Virus record (IMG/VR): IMGVR_UViG_2853968202_000001
Coordinates: 1-45,610 of that record
Length of the DNA: 45,610 nt
Source: a virus
Direction: 5' to 3' (one strand)
The position numbers and the translations under genes are program-made. Under the pieces are notes generated by a model. It was not told the DNA's origin and searched no databases. It saw only the letters and a program-made list of their open reading frames with translations. Below are positions 34,758 to 42,699 of the stretch, piece by piece; position 1 is the first letter of the stretch, and each line of letters begins with the position of its first letter.

Positions 34758-34985
34758 TCACTCACCACCGTCCGAGTCGACGATCGAGTAGAGGTAGCGA
34801 CCGCCGAGCCCCTCTCGGTAGGAGACCAGCCCCTGCTCACGCAGCCGATCGAGCGCCCTCGAGGCGGCGTTGGCAGTGATCGCTCCCGATCGATCCGTGA
34901 TCTGGCTCCGAGTGAGTTCGCCCGAGTCCTCGAGGACGTCGTAGATCTCGCGCTGGGTCGGGCCCAGCTGCTCTGGGTTCATCAT
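34758..34985 (-). CDS. Winged-helix DNA-binding protein (75 aa)
   Basis: ATG at 34985 (ATGATGA junction). PTQREIYDVLEDSGELTRSQITDRSGAITANAASRALDRLREQGLV. Confidence 0.75.
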   Translation of the reverse strand: MMNPEQLGPTQREIYDVLEDSGELTRSQITDRSGAITANAASRALDRLREQGLVSYREGLGGRYLYSIVDSDGGE

Positions 34986-35209
34986 CGCTCGACCACCTCG
35001 AGGAGGACTTCGGCGTCGCCGTCGGACGACCACGCCGCTACCGTCGATCGGACACGGCAGTCGGCCTCGTAGATCTGCTGATGGACGTCGTCGAGCTCGA
35101 TCGCGTCGGCGCCGTCGTGGCCCCGGCACGTCACGAGGATGTGGTCGTCCTCTTTCGAGACCGAGACATCATCGAGCTCAACCAGTGAGAGGACGAGTGC
35201 ACCCGTCAC
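34982..35209 (-). CDS. Small acidic hypothetical protein (75 aa)
   Basis: GTG start with GTGA overlap. Acidic composition. Confidence 0.55.
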   Translation of the reverse strand: MTGALVLSLVELDDVSVSKEDDHILVTCRGHDGADAIELDDVHQQIYEADCRVRSTVAAWSSDGDAEVLLEVVER

Positions 35210-35619
35210 GCCGAGTCACCCCCTGGCCGTTCTGTTCCCGTGTCGCGTGAGCGGGCCCAGTCCTCCGCTGCATGGAGGATACACTGGTCCCCTCCGTCAA
35301 ATTCGACCGGCCAATCGCATTCGCCCCGGCGGCAAGTTCCGCTCGTAGACTTAACGTCGCGACCTCCGTCGGTTACCGGCTCTCGGATCTCGATGCCCAT
35401 GATCTCGGCCGCCTCATCCTGGTCGTCGAGAGTCAGCGTCCCGTAGCGACTGTTGAGCATCTGCTGTGTGCCCCGCTTAGTGAGTGCCGCAATCGCATCA
35501 GCGGACTCGGCGTCGTAGCGCCCGGCCAGTCGCTCGGGCTTGAGGCCGCGACCGACCTGGACACGGGCTTCGGTCAGGCGCTCCTGCCAGAGTTCCTCGG
35601 TGGTCTTTCCGTCAGTCAT
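35206..35619 (-). CDS. Hypothetical protein (137 aa)
   Basis: ATG at 35619 with ATGA overlap. The C-terminus has a Cys/His cluster (CRRGECDWPVEFDGGDQCILH). Confidence 0.55.
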   Translation of the reverse strand: MTDGKTTEELWQERLTEARVQVGRGLKPERLAGRYDAESADAIAALTKRGTQQMLNSRYGTLTLDDQDEAAEIMGIEIREPVTDGGRDVKSTSGTCRRGECDWPVEFDGGDQCILHAAEDWARSRDTGTERPGGDSA

Positions 35620-35996
35620 CGCGACCACCGCGAGTCCGCGGGATCGGTTCGGCGGAGGTGGTCCTTCTGGGGCTCGTAGATGTGGCCGCGGGACTGGAGC
35701 CACCCAATCGCATCGATCACGCCCGCGCGCTCGAGGTCGGTCCGATCAACGACCCAGTCGACGACGTCTCCTGTCGGGATCCCATTGTCGGCCTCCTGGT
35801 CGCCGAGGTCCTCGAGGGCCCGACCGACGAGATCGTGGGTCGAGCATTCCTCGAGGTCGGAACCGCCATCAGGCCGGAGCTGTTGTGCACCGCTCGAGTC
35901 ACCGTCGCCGTCGAACGGCTTCCCGCAGCGGTGGCACTTGTAACACTTCTTGCTCTCGGCGTCGCAGACAGGGCAGTACCGGCTACTACCCGCCAT
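35616..35996 (-). CDS. Zinc-ribbon plus winged-helix-like protein (126 aa)
   Basis: ATG start. CPVCDAESKKCYKCHRCG at the N-terminus. Confidence 0.6.
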   Translation of the reverse strand: MAGSSRYCPVCDAESKKCYKCHRCGKPFDGDGDSSGAQQLRPDGGSDLEECSTHDLVGRALEDLGDQEADNGIPTGDVVDWVVDRTDLERAGVIDAIGWLQSRGHIYEPQKDHLRRTDPADSRWSR

Positions 35997-36796
35997 CAGG
36001 CGTTCACCCCAGCGTCTTCGCTGGCTTTGTCAGCGCAGACGAGGCAGAGTTCACGACCGTCGACAGAGTGGAGGCCGCGCTCGGGTTCGCGGCCACACTC
36101 TTCGCATGTCGATCGTCCGAGGACATCCTGATCGTCACCGGTGTCGTACTCGAGGTACGGGAGGATCTCGTCGCTGATCCAGGCGGCGAAGACGTCCTCT
36201 TGCGTGAGGTTGTAGGCGGCGACATAGCCGGACTTGGCGACCATCCCGCGGACCGGGTACCCGTCCCACTCGTAGGAAAAGCCGAGTGCGCTGATCCCGG
36301 TCGGCGGTAGGTTGTGCCAGGCGGCGTCCTTGTGGTACTGCGCGCCGGCGCGATCTTCGTCGTCGCCGTCGTCGATCGACTGCGAGTAGCTGGCGCCCCA
36401 GACGCTTCCGCCGTTCTGTTCGAACCGTTCGGCCCACGCGTCGAGGCGGATCATCGCGTCCTCCGCAACCATCCCCTCCTTAGCGAGGATCCAGTCGTGG
36501 ACAAAGCGGCCGTCGGAGGAACTGACCCCGACCCATCCCTCCTCGAGGTCGGCGTACCACTCGGTATCGACGCGGCGGGAGACCTCGTCCTGTTCTTTGA
36601 TGAAGCCGTCCTCGGTCGGGACGGGGACGCGCTTCTCCTCTTCGATCCACGCGGCAGCCTCGCCGTGGTAGAGCGTCTTTCCGTCGAGGTACTGCGTTCC
36701 GTCGACGACGATCGTCGGAAGGTCGCCGCCAAGCACGGACTCGAGTTCGCCTGTGTTGGGCTCGCCGGTCAGCAGCGAGAGGATCGCGGCGTGCAT
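35996..36796 (-). CDS. Hypothetical protein with a C-terminal zinc-ribbon (266 aa)
   Basis: ATG start. CEECGREPERGLHSVDGRELCLVC. No family recognised. Confidence 0.65.
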   Translation of the reverse strand: MHAAILSLLTGEPNTGELESVLGGDLPTIVVDGTQYLDGKTLYHGEAAAWIEEEKRVPVPTEDGFIKEQDEVSRRVDTEWYADLEEGWVGVSSSDGRFVHDWILAKEGMVAEDAMIRLDAWAERFEQNGGSVWGASYSQSIDDGDDEDRAGAQYHKDAAWHNLPPTGISALGFSYEWDGYPVRGMVAKSGYVAAYNLTQEDVFAAWISDEILPYLEYDTGDDQDVLGRSTCEECGREPERGLHSVDGRELCLVCADKASEDAGVNA

Positions 36797-37267
36797 CTAC
36801 GCACCACCTCCGACCTCCGAGACGTCGTCAGAAACGGCGCTGACTGCATCCTCGTTGAACTCGACTACCGCCGTCTGGTTGGACTCGCCATCGAACCGCT
36901 CCTCGAGATCGGCGCCGAAGTCAACGAACGCGTCGAAGTTCGGGCCCGGCTCAACGAGGTGGCCGCGTTCACCGATATCGATGACGTCGTGCACATCGAG
37001 TTTCGGTAGATGATTCTGGTAGAGGGTGCAGTACACTGACTTGCGGTTGTCGTCGGCGATCGTCGCGACGGCGTCCGCGAGTGCGCGGAGTCTCATCGGG
37101 CCGAGCTCGTTGACCAGCGCGACGGCCAGGCGCCGCCGCTGGTTTTTCATCAGATTCGCCGCCGTAGTGATCGGGACGTCGCAGGGCTCCGGATCAGCGG
37201 CCGAGTCTGACTCGGTGGTGGAGCTTTGGCTGAGGATACGGGCGATGCGCTCGAGCAGTCCGGACAT
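36797..37267 (-). CDS. Haloarchaeal ArsR-like wHTH protein (156 aa)
   Basis: NQRRRLAVALVNELGPMRLRALADAVA ... SVYCTLYQNHLPKLDVHDVI matches the common haloarchaeal HTH family pattern (N.RRR..L, LyH.HLPkL). Confidence 0.7.
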   Translation of the reverse strand: MSGLLERIARILSQSSTTESDSAADPEPCDVPITTAANLMKNQRRRLAVALVNELGPMRLRALADAVATIADDNRKSVYCTLYQNHLPKLDVHDVIDIGERGHLVEPGPNFDAFVDFGADLEERFDGESNQTAVVEFNEDAVSAVSDDVSEVGGGA

Positions 37268-37827
37268 CAGACCCGCGCACCTCCGTTACCGGTGAACGCG
37301 TCGAGCGTCGCCTGCGACGAGTCCGCCTCTACGTCCGGGGACGGGAACTCGAGCGGTTCGGTGTCGTTGCCCCAGCGCTGGTTGGTGTGGTAGGTGCCGT
37401 GGTCAGACTTGTCGACCGGACCGACGTTCGATGGGCGGTTGTCCCACGGAATCTCGTTGTCGTGGTGGACGTCCATATCCGCGACCGCATCGAAGCCGTA
37501 CTCCGAGACGGCGAGCAGGCGGTGGACGTAGCAAATCTTGCTGACGCGCTCGTCGCCTTCCCAGAGTTTCGTCACCCAACACTCGTACGGATGATTTTCA
37601 TGAAGCGTCCGCATCTTGACGCGCTCGACGCGGTTCGCCTCAGCGGCCGCCTCCACGCCCGCCTTCCAGTTCTCGCGTGTCTCGATTTCGTGCCGGTTGA
37701 GCCAATCTGAGATGGTGCCGTTGGAACAGTTGAAGTGGTCGGCGATCTCCCGCGTCGTCATCTCGCGGTCGACGTACAGGTCGCGGAGTGTCTCCTCGTC
37801 GCGGTAGGCACGCTCCGGCACTGTCAC
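37267..37827 (-). CDS. HNH endonuclease with an N-terminal HTH (about 186 aa)
   Basis: MTTREIADHFNCSNGTISDWL is the HTH. DVHHDNEIPWDNRPSNVGPVDKSDHGTYH is the HNH motif. GTG at 37827 (GTGA overlap) is preferred over the TTG at 37863. Confidence 0.75.
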   Translation of the reverse strand: MTVPERAYRDEETLRDLYVDREMTTREIADHFNCSNGTISDWLNRHEIETRENWKAGVEAAAEANRVERVKMRTLHENHPYECWVTKLWEGDERVSKICYVHRLLAVSEYGFDAVADMDVHHDNEIPWDNRPSNVGPVDKSDHGTYHTNQRWGNDTEPLEFPSPDVEADSSQATLDAFTGNGGARV

Positions 37828-38195
37828 TGCCCGTCGCCTCCGTTGATATGCTCCTCGAGCCAATTGAGCTCGTACTCGAGGACGTCCTCGCCCATCTCCG
37901 TGATCGCGTAGTTGTTCGTCCGCCGGTCGCGCTGCCCCTTCTCGACGAGGCCATAATCGACCAGCCTATCAAGGTTCGGAAAGAGTCGGCCATGCAACAG
38001 CTCCTCGCCGTAGTAGGTCTCGGCCTCGCGCTTGATCCCAAGGCCGTACCGGTCCTGCTGGGCGATCGTGGCGAGACAGCGGACTTGAAACTTCGTCAGG
38101 TCGGCCGCAATCGCTTGAATGTCCTCGTCCTCTGAGTTTCTAGTGCTGTGCGACGTGGCGTTGCGCTTATCTGTGTTGTTGTCGTCTGTTTGCAT
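37824..38195 (-). CDS. PadR-family transcriptional regulator (123 aa), first gene of the 38.2->34.8 kb operon
   Basis: RYGLGIKREAETYYGEELLHGRLFPNLDRLVDYGLVEKGQRDRRTNNYAITEMG is the PadR wHTH signature. Confidence 0.8.
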   Translation of the reverse strand: MQTDDNNTDKRNATSHSTRNSEDEDIQAIAADLTKFQVRCLATIAQQDRYGLGIKREAETYYGEELLHGRLFPNLDRLVDYGLVEKGQRDRRTNNYAITEMGEDVLEYELNWLEEHINGGDGQ

Positions 38196-38227
38196 GGTTG
38201 CAGGATTGCAGGATTGCAGGATTCGGA
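38196..38227. repeat. 8-bp tandem repeat (GGTTGCAG GATTGCAG GATTGCAG GATTCGGA) abutting the PadR start codon
   Basis: Read directly. Two exact and two degenerate units begin at the base next to the ATG (38195). Confidence 0.8.
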
Positions 38228-38507
38228 GCCGATTCTCGCTCCGGATTAGTGTCTGTGACCGGCGATCGGTCGGGGCGCGCTAGGACCTGGACAGTTGCAG
38301 CGGGCCCCGACGTAGATCGCAAGCGGCTGGTTGTTCGTTCGACACGATACCCTACTAAAGTGACGCGCACCGTTTCGGAGAGGATACACAACAGTAATAT
38401 GCTGTTAGAAGTGCTGAACGCTGCTGTAGGCAGCCATTTACGAAGTCGATTTTGGGTGTGTTGTGTCATCCTTGATGTTGTATGCCGACGCGAAATTACC
38501 GCGCCAG

Positions 38508-38726
38508 TTATAATTCTGCCAAATGGCTTTCAGCGGTGCCTAGTGTTTGGCCGGATTTCTTCCAACCGTCCTCCACTTCGTCACTGTGTTCATCGACATA
38601 GTCCTCGAGAGCTTCGATGAGGACATCTGTCCGGTTTATATCGGAATCTGGGCTAGACCGTGCATGGACGATTGCGTCCAAGTCATTTTTGAGCCCATTT
38701 GGAATTCGGAACGAGGTTGTCGGCAT
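38508..38726 (-). CDS. Ribbon-helix-helix (CopG-like) protein (72 aa)
   Basis: ATG at 38726. TSFRIPNGLKNDLDAIV ... NRTDVLIEALEDYV. Confidence 0.7.
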   Translation of the reverse strand: MPTTSFRIPNGLKNDLDAIVHARSSPDSDINRTDVLIEALEDYVDEHSDEVEDGWKKSGQTLGTAESHLAEL

Positions 38727-38735
38727 ACGAATTCC

Positions 38736-38822
38736 TGTAATGCGGCAATTCACATAAATGTAATGCAGCAACTCAGTAATTCCGTCGGTGGAATGAAGTG
38801 CATTGGCTTAATACTGTAATGC
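38736..38822. promoter_or_regulatory. Three TGTAATGC boxes in the divergent RHH-RHH intergenic region (candidate operators)
   Basis: TGTAATGC at 38736-38743, 38759-38766 and 38815-38822. The first two continue as (G/A)GCAA. AT-rich context. Confidence 0.55.
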
Positions 38823-38827
38823 AAGAG

Positions 38828-39058
38828 ATGACCGACGAAGACAAACTGAAGACGCACTCTTTTCGCGCCAATGAGGACACAGTCGAATACCTGGACTGGC
38901 TCATTGACCAGAAGAATGCCCAGCTACCGCCAGGATCTGATGAAAGAATTAGCCGTAGTGACGTCCTCAGAGAGTGCATCAACGATGTAATCGAAGAGCT
39001 TGAGGACGAGGTTGATGTGGGAAACTCAACCAGTCAGAAGATGATGACGGCTGATTAG
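38828..39058 (+). CDS. Ribbon-helix-helix (CopG-like) protein (76 aa; alternative ATG 38819)
   Basis: HSFRANEDTVEYLDWLI ... SRSDVLRECINDVIEEL. Divergent from the RHH gene at 38508-38726. Confidence 0.7.
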   Translation: MTDEDKLKTHSFRANEDTVEYLDWLIDQKNAQLPPGSDERISRSDVLRECINDVIEELEDEVDVGNSTSQKMMTAD

Positions 39059-39087
39059 GCGGAACTCACATACGACACACACTCTCT

Positions 39088-40158
39088 CTATGATGCGTTC
39101 GCCAGTAGCTCCAGCTGAATCGGTACCTCGAGATTCTCGTCGATGACTTCGTACTCTGCCCATCTGTTTTCTCCGTGCTGCCTGACGAGATCGTACTCTA
39201 CCAGTTTCGATAGGTAGTCGTTCACCCGTCGCCTCGAGACAGGGTCGTGATCTCGATCGGCGTAGATCGCGGACCCATGAGTCTCGTACAGTGAGTGGAG
39301 CCGCGCGCCATCGACGAGATTGGCGTCGGCGTACCGAAGGAGTTCATAGATCACACAGGGGCCGAACGGTAGGCTCCGGAGATTCGTCTCTCGGATCTTC
39401 GTACGTGCGCGGCCAAACGCATCTCGGATATCGTGCTCTCGGATCCGGCTATGGTCTCGTTCTTCGGCGAACTCCGCCGCAGACAGCAGCGACTGGATCC
39501 CATAGCGCGCGACGCCGGCGACTTCGTCGGCGATCCACTCCAGTTGTTCATTATGGATGACGCCGGGCTCGAGGCCATGCTCAGCACGGTGCTCGAGAAT
39601 ATCCGCGAGTTCGTCGACAGCGTATCGTTCGAACTCGATCTGCGATTTGAGCGAGAAGTAGTTTTGAAGCTCGTCATCGAGGCGGGCCAGCCACTCTCGA
39701 GGTTCATGGACGATCGCGATGACCGAGAGCAGCGGAATCTCGTATAGATCGCGGAGGACCTTCAGGTCGCGGACTGTTTCGGCTTCGTCGAGGATCACGA
39801 CGTAGGGCTGGTCAACAATGCTCTCGAGAGCGTCAACCAGCTGGTCGGCTGGCGAGTTTGGCCGCACTGCGGCATCGACCCGATGCTTTATCGCGGCTTC
39901 GTGGAGGATCGCGCAACGTGTGTTGCTCGAGTTGATCAATGTCCAATCGATGCTGTAGTCACGAAATTCGCGGCGGAGAACGTGTCGAGCGGTCGTTGTC
40001 TTTCCGACACCCGATGGGCCATAGATCAGCACGTCCTCGCCGCGCTGACCTCTCGTTGCCGGCTCGAGAGCTCGCGTGAGTTGCTCGCACTCACTATGCC
40101 GATGGGGAACCTGTTCCGGGAGCCGCTCGTCGAGAAACACCCATCGTTTGGTAATCAT
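39088..40158 (-). CDS. orc1: Orc1/Cdc6-type replication initiator (AAA+ plus C-terminal winged helix, 356 aa)
   Basis: LPHR-type N-terminal motif (VPHRHSECEQL). Walker A GPSGVGKTT. Walker B VVILDEAE. Winged-helix-like C-terminus. ATG 40158 preferred over GTG 40218. Confidence 0.85.
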   Translation of the reverse strand: MITKRWVFLDERLPEQVPHRHSECEQLTRALEPATRGQRGEDVLIYGPSGVGKTTTARHVLRREFRDYSIDWTLINSSNTRCAILHEAAIKHRVDAAVRPNSPADQLVDALESIVDQPYVVILDEAETVRDLKVLRDLYEIPLLSVIAIVHEPREWLARLDDELQNYFSLKSQIEFERYAVDELADILEHRAEHGLEPGVIHNEQLEWIADEVAGVARYGIQSLLSAAEFAEERDHSRIREHDIRDAFGRARTKIRETNLRSLPFGPCVIYELLRYADANLVDGARLHSLYETHGSAIYADRDHDPVSRRRVNDYLSKLVEYDLVRQHGENRWAEYEVIDENLEVPIQLELLANAS

Positions 40159-40284
40159 TACTGACCGTTTCAATAGATGGTGTAAAAGGTCTGACGGGCG
40201 TTGTTTCGGAGAGGACACCGCGTACTTCCGCTGTAACCCACGAACAGCGAGAGAGACCCGCCCTTAGGGCGAGAGGGCCGTGGA

Positions 40285-40716
40285 TTAGATCGACGTGCTG
40301 GTCTCGAGCTCGTACTCGTCGTATTCGGACGACCCAACGGTCGTCACAATTTCGAATGAGAGCGTTGAGCCGTCTGCCACATCATTGAAGTTATCCATCC
40401 CGTCACCGACGCGGGTACCCTCCGAATCGTAGAAGAGGGCTGAAACTTCAATGTAACTCTGTTCTTCGCCAGTGTTGTTCTGGATTTTCCCCTCGATGTT
40501 GACGGAGTCGCCGTACTCTGCCTCGACAGCCTCGTGTTCGAGGATTTCGACCGACCCACTGTCGCCGCCGTTCTCGTTCCCGTTCTCGTCACCGTTCTCG
40601 TCACCGTTGCTGCTTGCCGAGTCTCCGTTATCCTCGCTCCCACTGCACCCTGCGAGCAGCGCGGTAGTTGCTCCACCAATACCAACGATCGCTTTGCGTC
40701 GAGTTAGTTCCTGCAT
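40285..40716 (-). CDS. Tat-exported lipoprotein with an FxLYD-like beta domain (143 aa)
   Basis: Twin-arginine TRRKAIVGIGG followed by the lipobox LLAGCSG. A D/N/G/E-rich linker. SALFYDSEG. GGAGGT lies 8 nt before the ATG. Confidence 0.75.
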   Translation of the reverse strand: MQELTRRKAIVGIGGATTALLAGCSGSEDNGDSASSNGDENGDENGNENGGDSGSVEILEHEAVEAEYGDSVNIEGKIQNNTGEEQSYIEVSALFYDSEGTRVGDGMDNFNDVADGSTLSFEIVTTVGSSEYDEYELETSTSI

Positions 40717-40855
40717 CTGTCAGTACCTCCCCTGTGCGGGGAATGCTACCCGCCCGCTGTGACACGGGATACACACTCCTAAAGTCAGGTAGTTGAACAT
40801 AATAGGTGATTTGAACCTTATGTAGCTGTTTATTTCAAATATTCATATATTCTGA

Positions 40856-41224
40856 CTATAGGAGTGAGCTATCCCCGAACCGTTCGCGCTGGGCCTCGAG
40901 TGACCTGCAGACGTCGGCGTCAGCCGGTGGCAAGACTTGCTTGATGGCCATCCCGACACGAGCCATGTGCTTGCATCGAGTAATCTCGCCACGACCAGGC
41001 CCGCCACGGAAGCGCCAGTCGTCACAAGTGCACCGACCGGCGCCGGCGTCAACGACGTACTCGCTGTAGTCTTCACTACCAGTCCCGACGCCCCAGAGGC
41101 CGCCGCCGATCTCCCAGATCCCCATCGGCTCCTCCGCTGCTCGCCGGTCCCGCGTGAGCGTCTCAGTATCGATGCCGACAGCGCCGTCACTCGAGCGAGC
41201 GTGGGTATGACTCGAGGCCGCCAT
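40856..41224 (-). CDS. SWIM zinc-finger protein (122 aa)
   Basis: CTCDDW ... CKHMARV gives a CxC-x(n)-CxH pattern. Confidence 0.7.
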   Translation of the reverse strand: MAASSHTHARSSDGAVGIDTETLTRDRRAAEEPMGIWEIGGGLWGVGTGSEDYSEYVVDAGAGRCTCDDWRFRGGPGRGEITRCKHMARVGMAIKQVLPPADADVCRSLEAQRERFGDSSLL

Positions 41225-41640
41225 CACGAAGACACCTCGTCCCAGACGCCGGCGCGTTCGGCGGCCTCGTGGTGCGCTTGCAGCCAGTTTCGAGCCTCGT
41301 GCTTCGCCGCGGCGATCTCGTCGGCGCCCCAGGCGTCGTCCCAGTCGTCGATGTCCTCGAGGAGATCCGCGAGCGCAGCGGCGATCGTCTCGTCGACGAC
41401 GTCATCGATGTGGTCATCGATCGTCTCGGCGGCACCGAAGACGTCTAGCCGACGGTCCTCGCGATCCTCGTCAGCCGAGAGCTCGTAGACGTCCTCGGCG
41501 ACCGAGACGTACCGCTCGAGGTCGGGGCCGTGATCGTGGTGGCCCTGGACGACCTCGTAGACGCGGTTGTGGCAGATGGTCTCGTCGAACTCGTTCGCGC
41601 GCTTGTGGGCGAGTTCGTTGAGCCGCTTCCGAGCCTGCAT
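41224..41640 (-). CDS. Acidic hypothetical protein (138 aa)
   Basis: ATG at 41640 (GTG alternative at 41643). Very acidic helical sequence. Confidence 0.6.
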   Translation of the reverse strand: MQARKRLNELAHKRANEFDETICHNRVYEVVQGHHDHGPDLERYVSVAEDVYELSADEDREDRRLDVFGAAETIDDHIDDVVDETIAAALADLLEDIDDWDDAWGADEIAAAKHEARNWLQAHHEAAERAGVWDEVSS

Positions 41641-42128
41641 CACTCGTCACCTCCCTCGGTGCCGTCGCGATCATGGACTCGATGAACGACCTCGAGGCGC
41701 TCCTTCGGATACGCGTACGTCTTCTTGTCCTCGAGGGAAAGGTCGGTCTGGTCGGGGAATACGCACTCGACGACGTCGTCGTTCGGCGGGTACTCTGGGT
41801 TGACGTCCGCGACGGTCAGCCCGTCCTCGAGCTCGTAGGCGTCAGCCTGGAGCGTGTCGAGGTTGACGACGAGCATCGTCGCGTCGGGGTCCTGCTCGTC
41901 CTGGACGTGGTCGCCGACGCCGATCGGCTGGGACTGACCCTGTTCTTCGCCGCCGTCGGCGCGCAGCCCGTCGTCGCTGGCGACGATGATCTCCGAGCCA
42001 TCGGTCCCGTCGACGTGCTCCGGGCCCGCTATCGCGCGAGCCTCGGCCAGCTTTCGCATTTCCTTTGCGGCCTCGCGCTCGAGGGCCTCCGCGCGCCGAC
42101 AGACGTGATCGTAGTCGCGGACCATCAT
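41640..42128 (-). CDS. Hypothetical protein (162 aa)
   Basis: ATG at 42128 with ATGA overlap. The longer track ORF has an Arg-rich N-terminus overlapping the upstream gene. Confidence 0.6.
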   Translation of the reverse strand: MMVRDYDHVCRRAEALEREAAKEMRKLAEARAIAGPEHVDGTDGSEIIVASDDGLRADGGEEQGQSQPIGVGDHVQDEQDPDATMLVVNLDTLQADAYELEDGLTVADVNPEYPPNDDVVECVFPDQTDLSLEDKKTYAYPKERLEVVHRVHDRDGTEGGDE

Positions 42129-42424
42129 CGGCGTTCCCCTCCGTCGGTCGCGACCGCTCGCCCGCCGATCGGGCCGATGTAGCGCCGTTCGCGGGCCCCG
42201 CAGTCGGGACAGGCACAGTCGCCGTCGTGGTCGTACTCCGTCCCGCAAGCGGTGCACTCGACGCGCTTCGTCTCGGCGCGCTTCGTCTCGACGTCATCCT
42301 CGTCGTCTCCCTCGTCCTCGAAGTGATCCGAGGGGACTCCGTGGCGGTTCTCGAGGGAGCAGTCGCGGCAGATCCGGCGGTTCGGGCCGGTTAGATGGCC
42401 GCACTGTTTACAGTTGCGCGTCAT
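42125..42424 (-). CDS. Double zinc-ribbon protein (99 aa), first gene of the 42.4->40.9 kb operon
   Basis: ATG at 42424. CKQCGH ... CRDC and CTACG ... CPDCG. Confidence 0.6.
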   Translation of the reverse strand: MTRNCKQCGHLTGPNRRICRDCSLENRHGVPSDHFEDEGDDEDDVETKRAETKRVECTACGTEYDHDGDCACPDCGARERRYIGPIGGRAVATDGGERR

Positions 42425-42590
42425 TGGTCGATCACCGATTCCGAAATCGTTTCGTGGGTTCGCGTTTGAGCGTTCATTGCTGGTCTTCAGCACGGTCGGG
42501 GGCGCTCTAACGCCCGCCGGCCACAGACTTCTGCGGCCGATCTCCCGTGCACAGTAATGTCTATGCGACCCATTTACTTAAAGGTTTGCC

Positions 42591-42662
42591 TATGTGGGAA
42601 CGTATTCCTATTTGGGATCATTTGCTTTTGTGGGAAGGTTTATTGATATGGGAACTGTGTGT
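42591..42662. repeat. Four 18-bp direct repeats (iterons) with core T-N-TGGGA-W
   Basis: TATGTGGGAACGTATTCC / TATTTGGGATCATTTGCT / TTTGTGGGAAGGTTTATT / GATATGGGAACTGTGTGT. TGGGA starts at 42595, 42613, 42631 and 42649, an exact 18-bp phasing. Confidence 0.8.
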
Positions 42663-42699
42663 CCATATGGTAATGGAGGTAAAACAACCCGCCACTACG

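Noticed and set aside
38196-38227. A CRISPR or mini-array reading of the tandem repeats at 38196-38227 and 42591-42662.
   Set aside because: The units are 8 bp and 18 bp, contiguous, and have no spacers. This is not CRISPR architecture.
38198-38620. The 140-aa plus-strand ORF in the PadR-RHH intergenic region.
   Set aside because: It has a Cys/Arg/Val-rich, non-acidic translation. It begins inside the 8-bp repeats and runs antisense into the RHH gene, so it is a likely artefact.
39059-40284. An origin with ORB inverted repeats directly flanking orc1.
   Set aside because: The flanks are only 29 and 126 bp long, GC-rich, and lack any recognisable ORB-like inverted repeats or an AT-rich unwinding element. 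The origin is left unassigned and candidates are listed in the findings.
42547-42699. The N-terminal 51 codons of ORF 42547-43083 (WERIPIWDHLLLWEGLLIWEL).
   Set aside because: The periodic Trp pattern is simply the translation of the 18-bp TGGGA iterons. Real coding most likely starts at 42700, or at 42667/42673.
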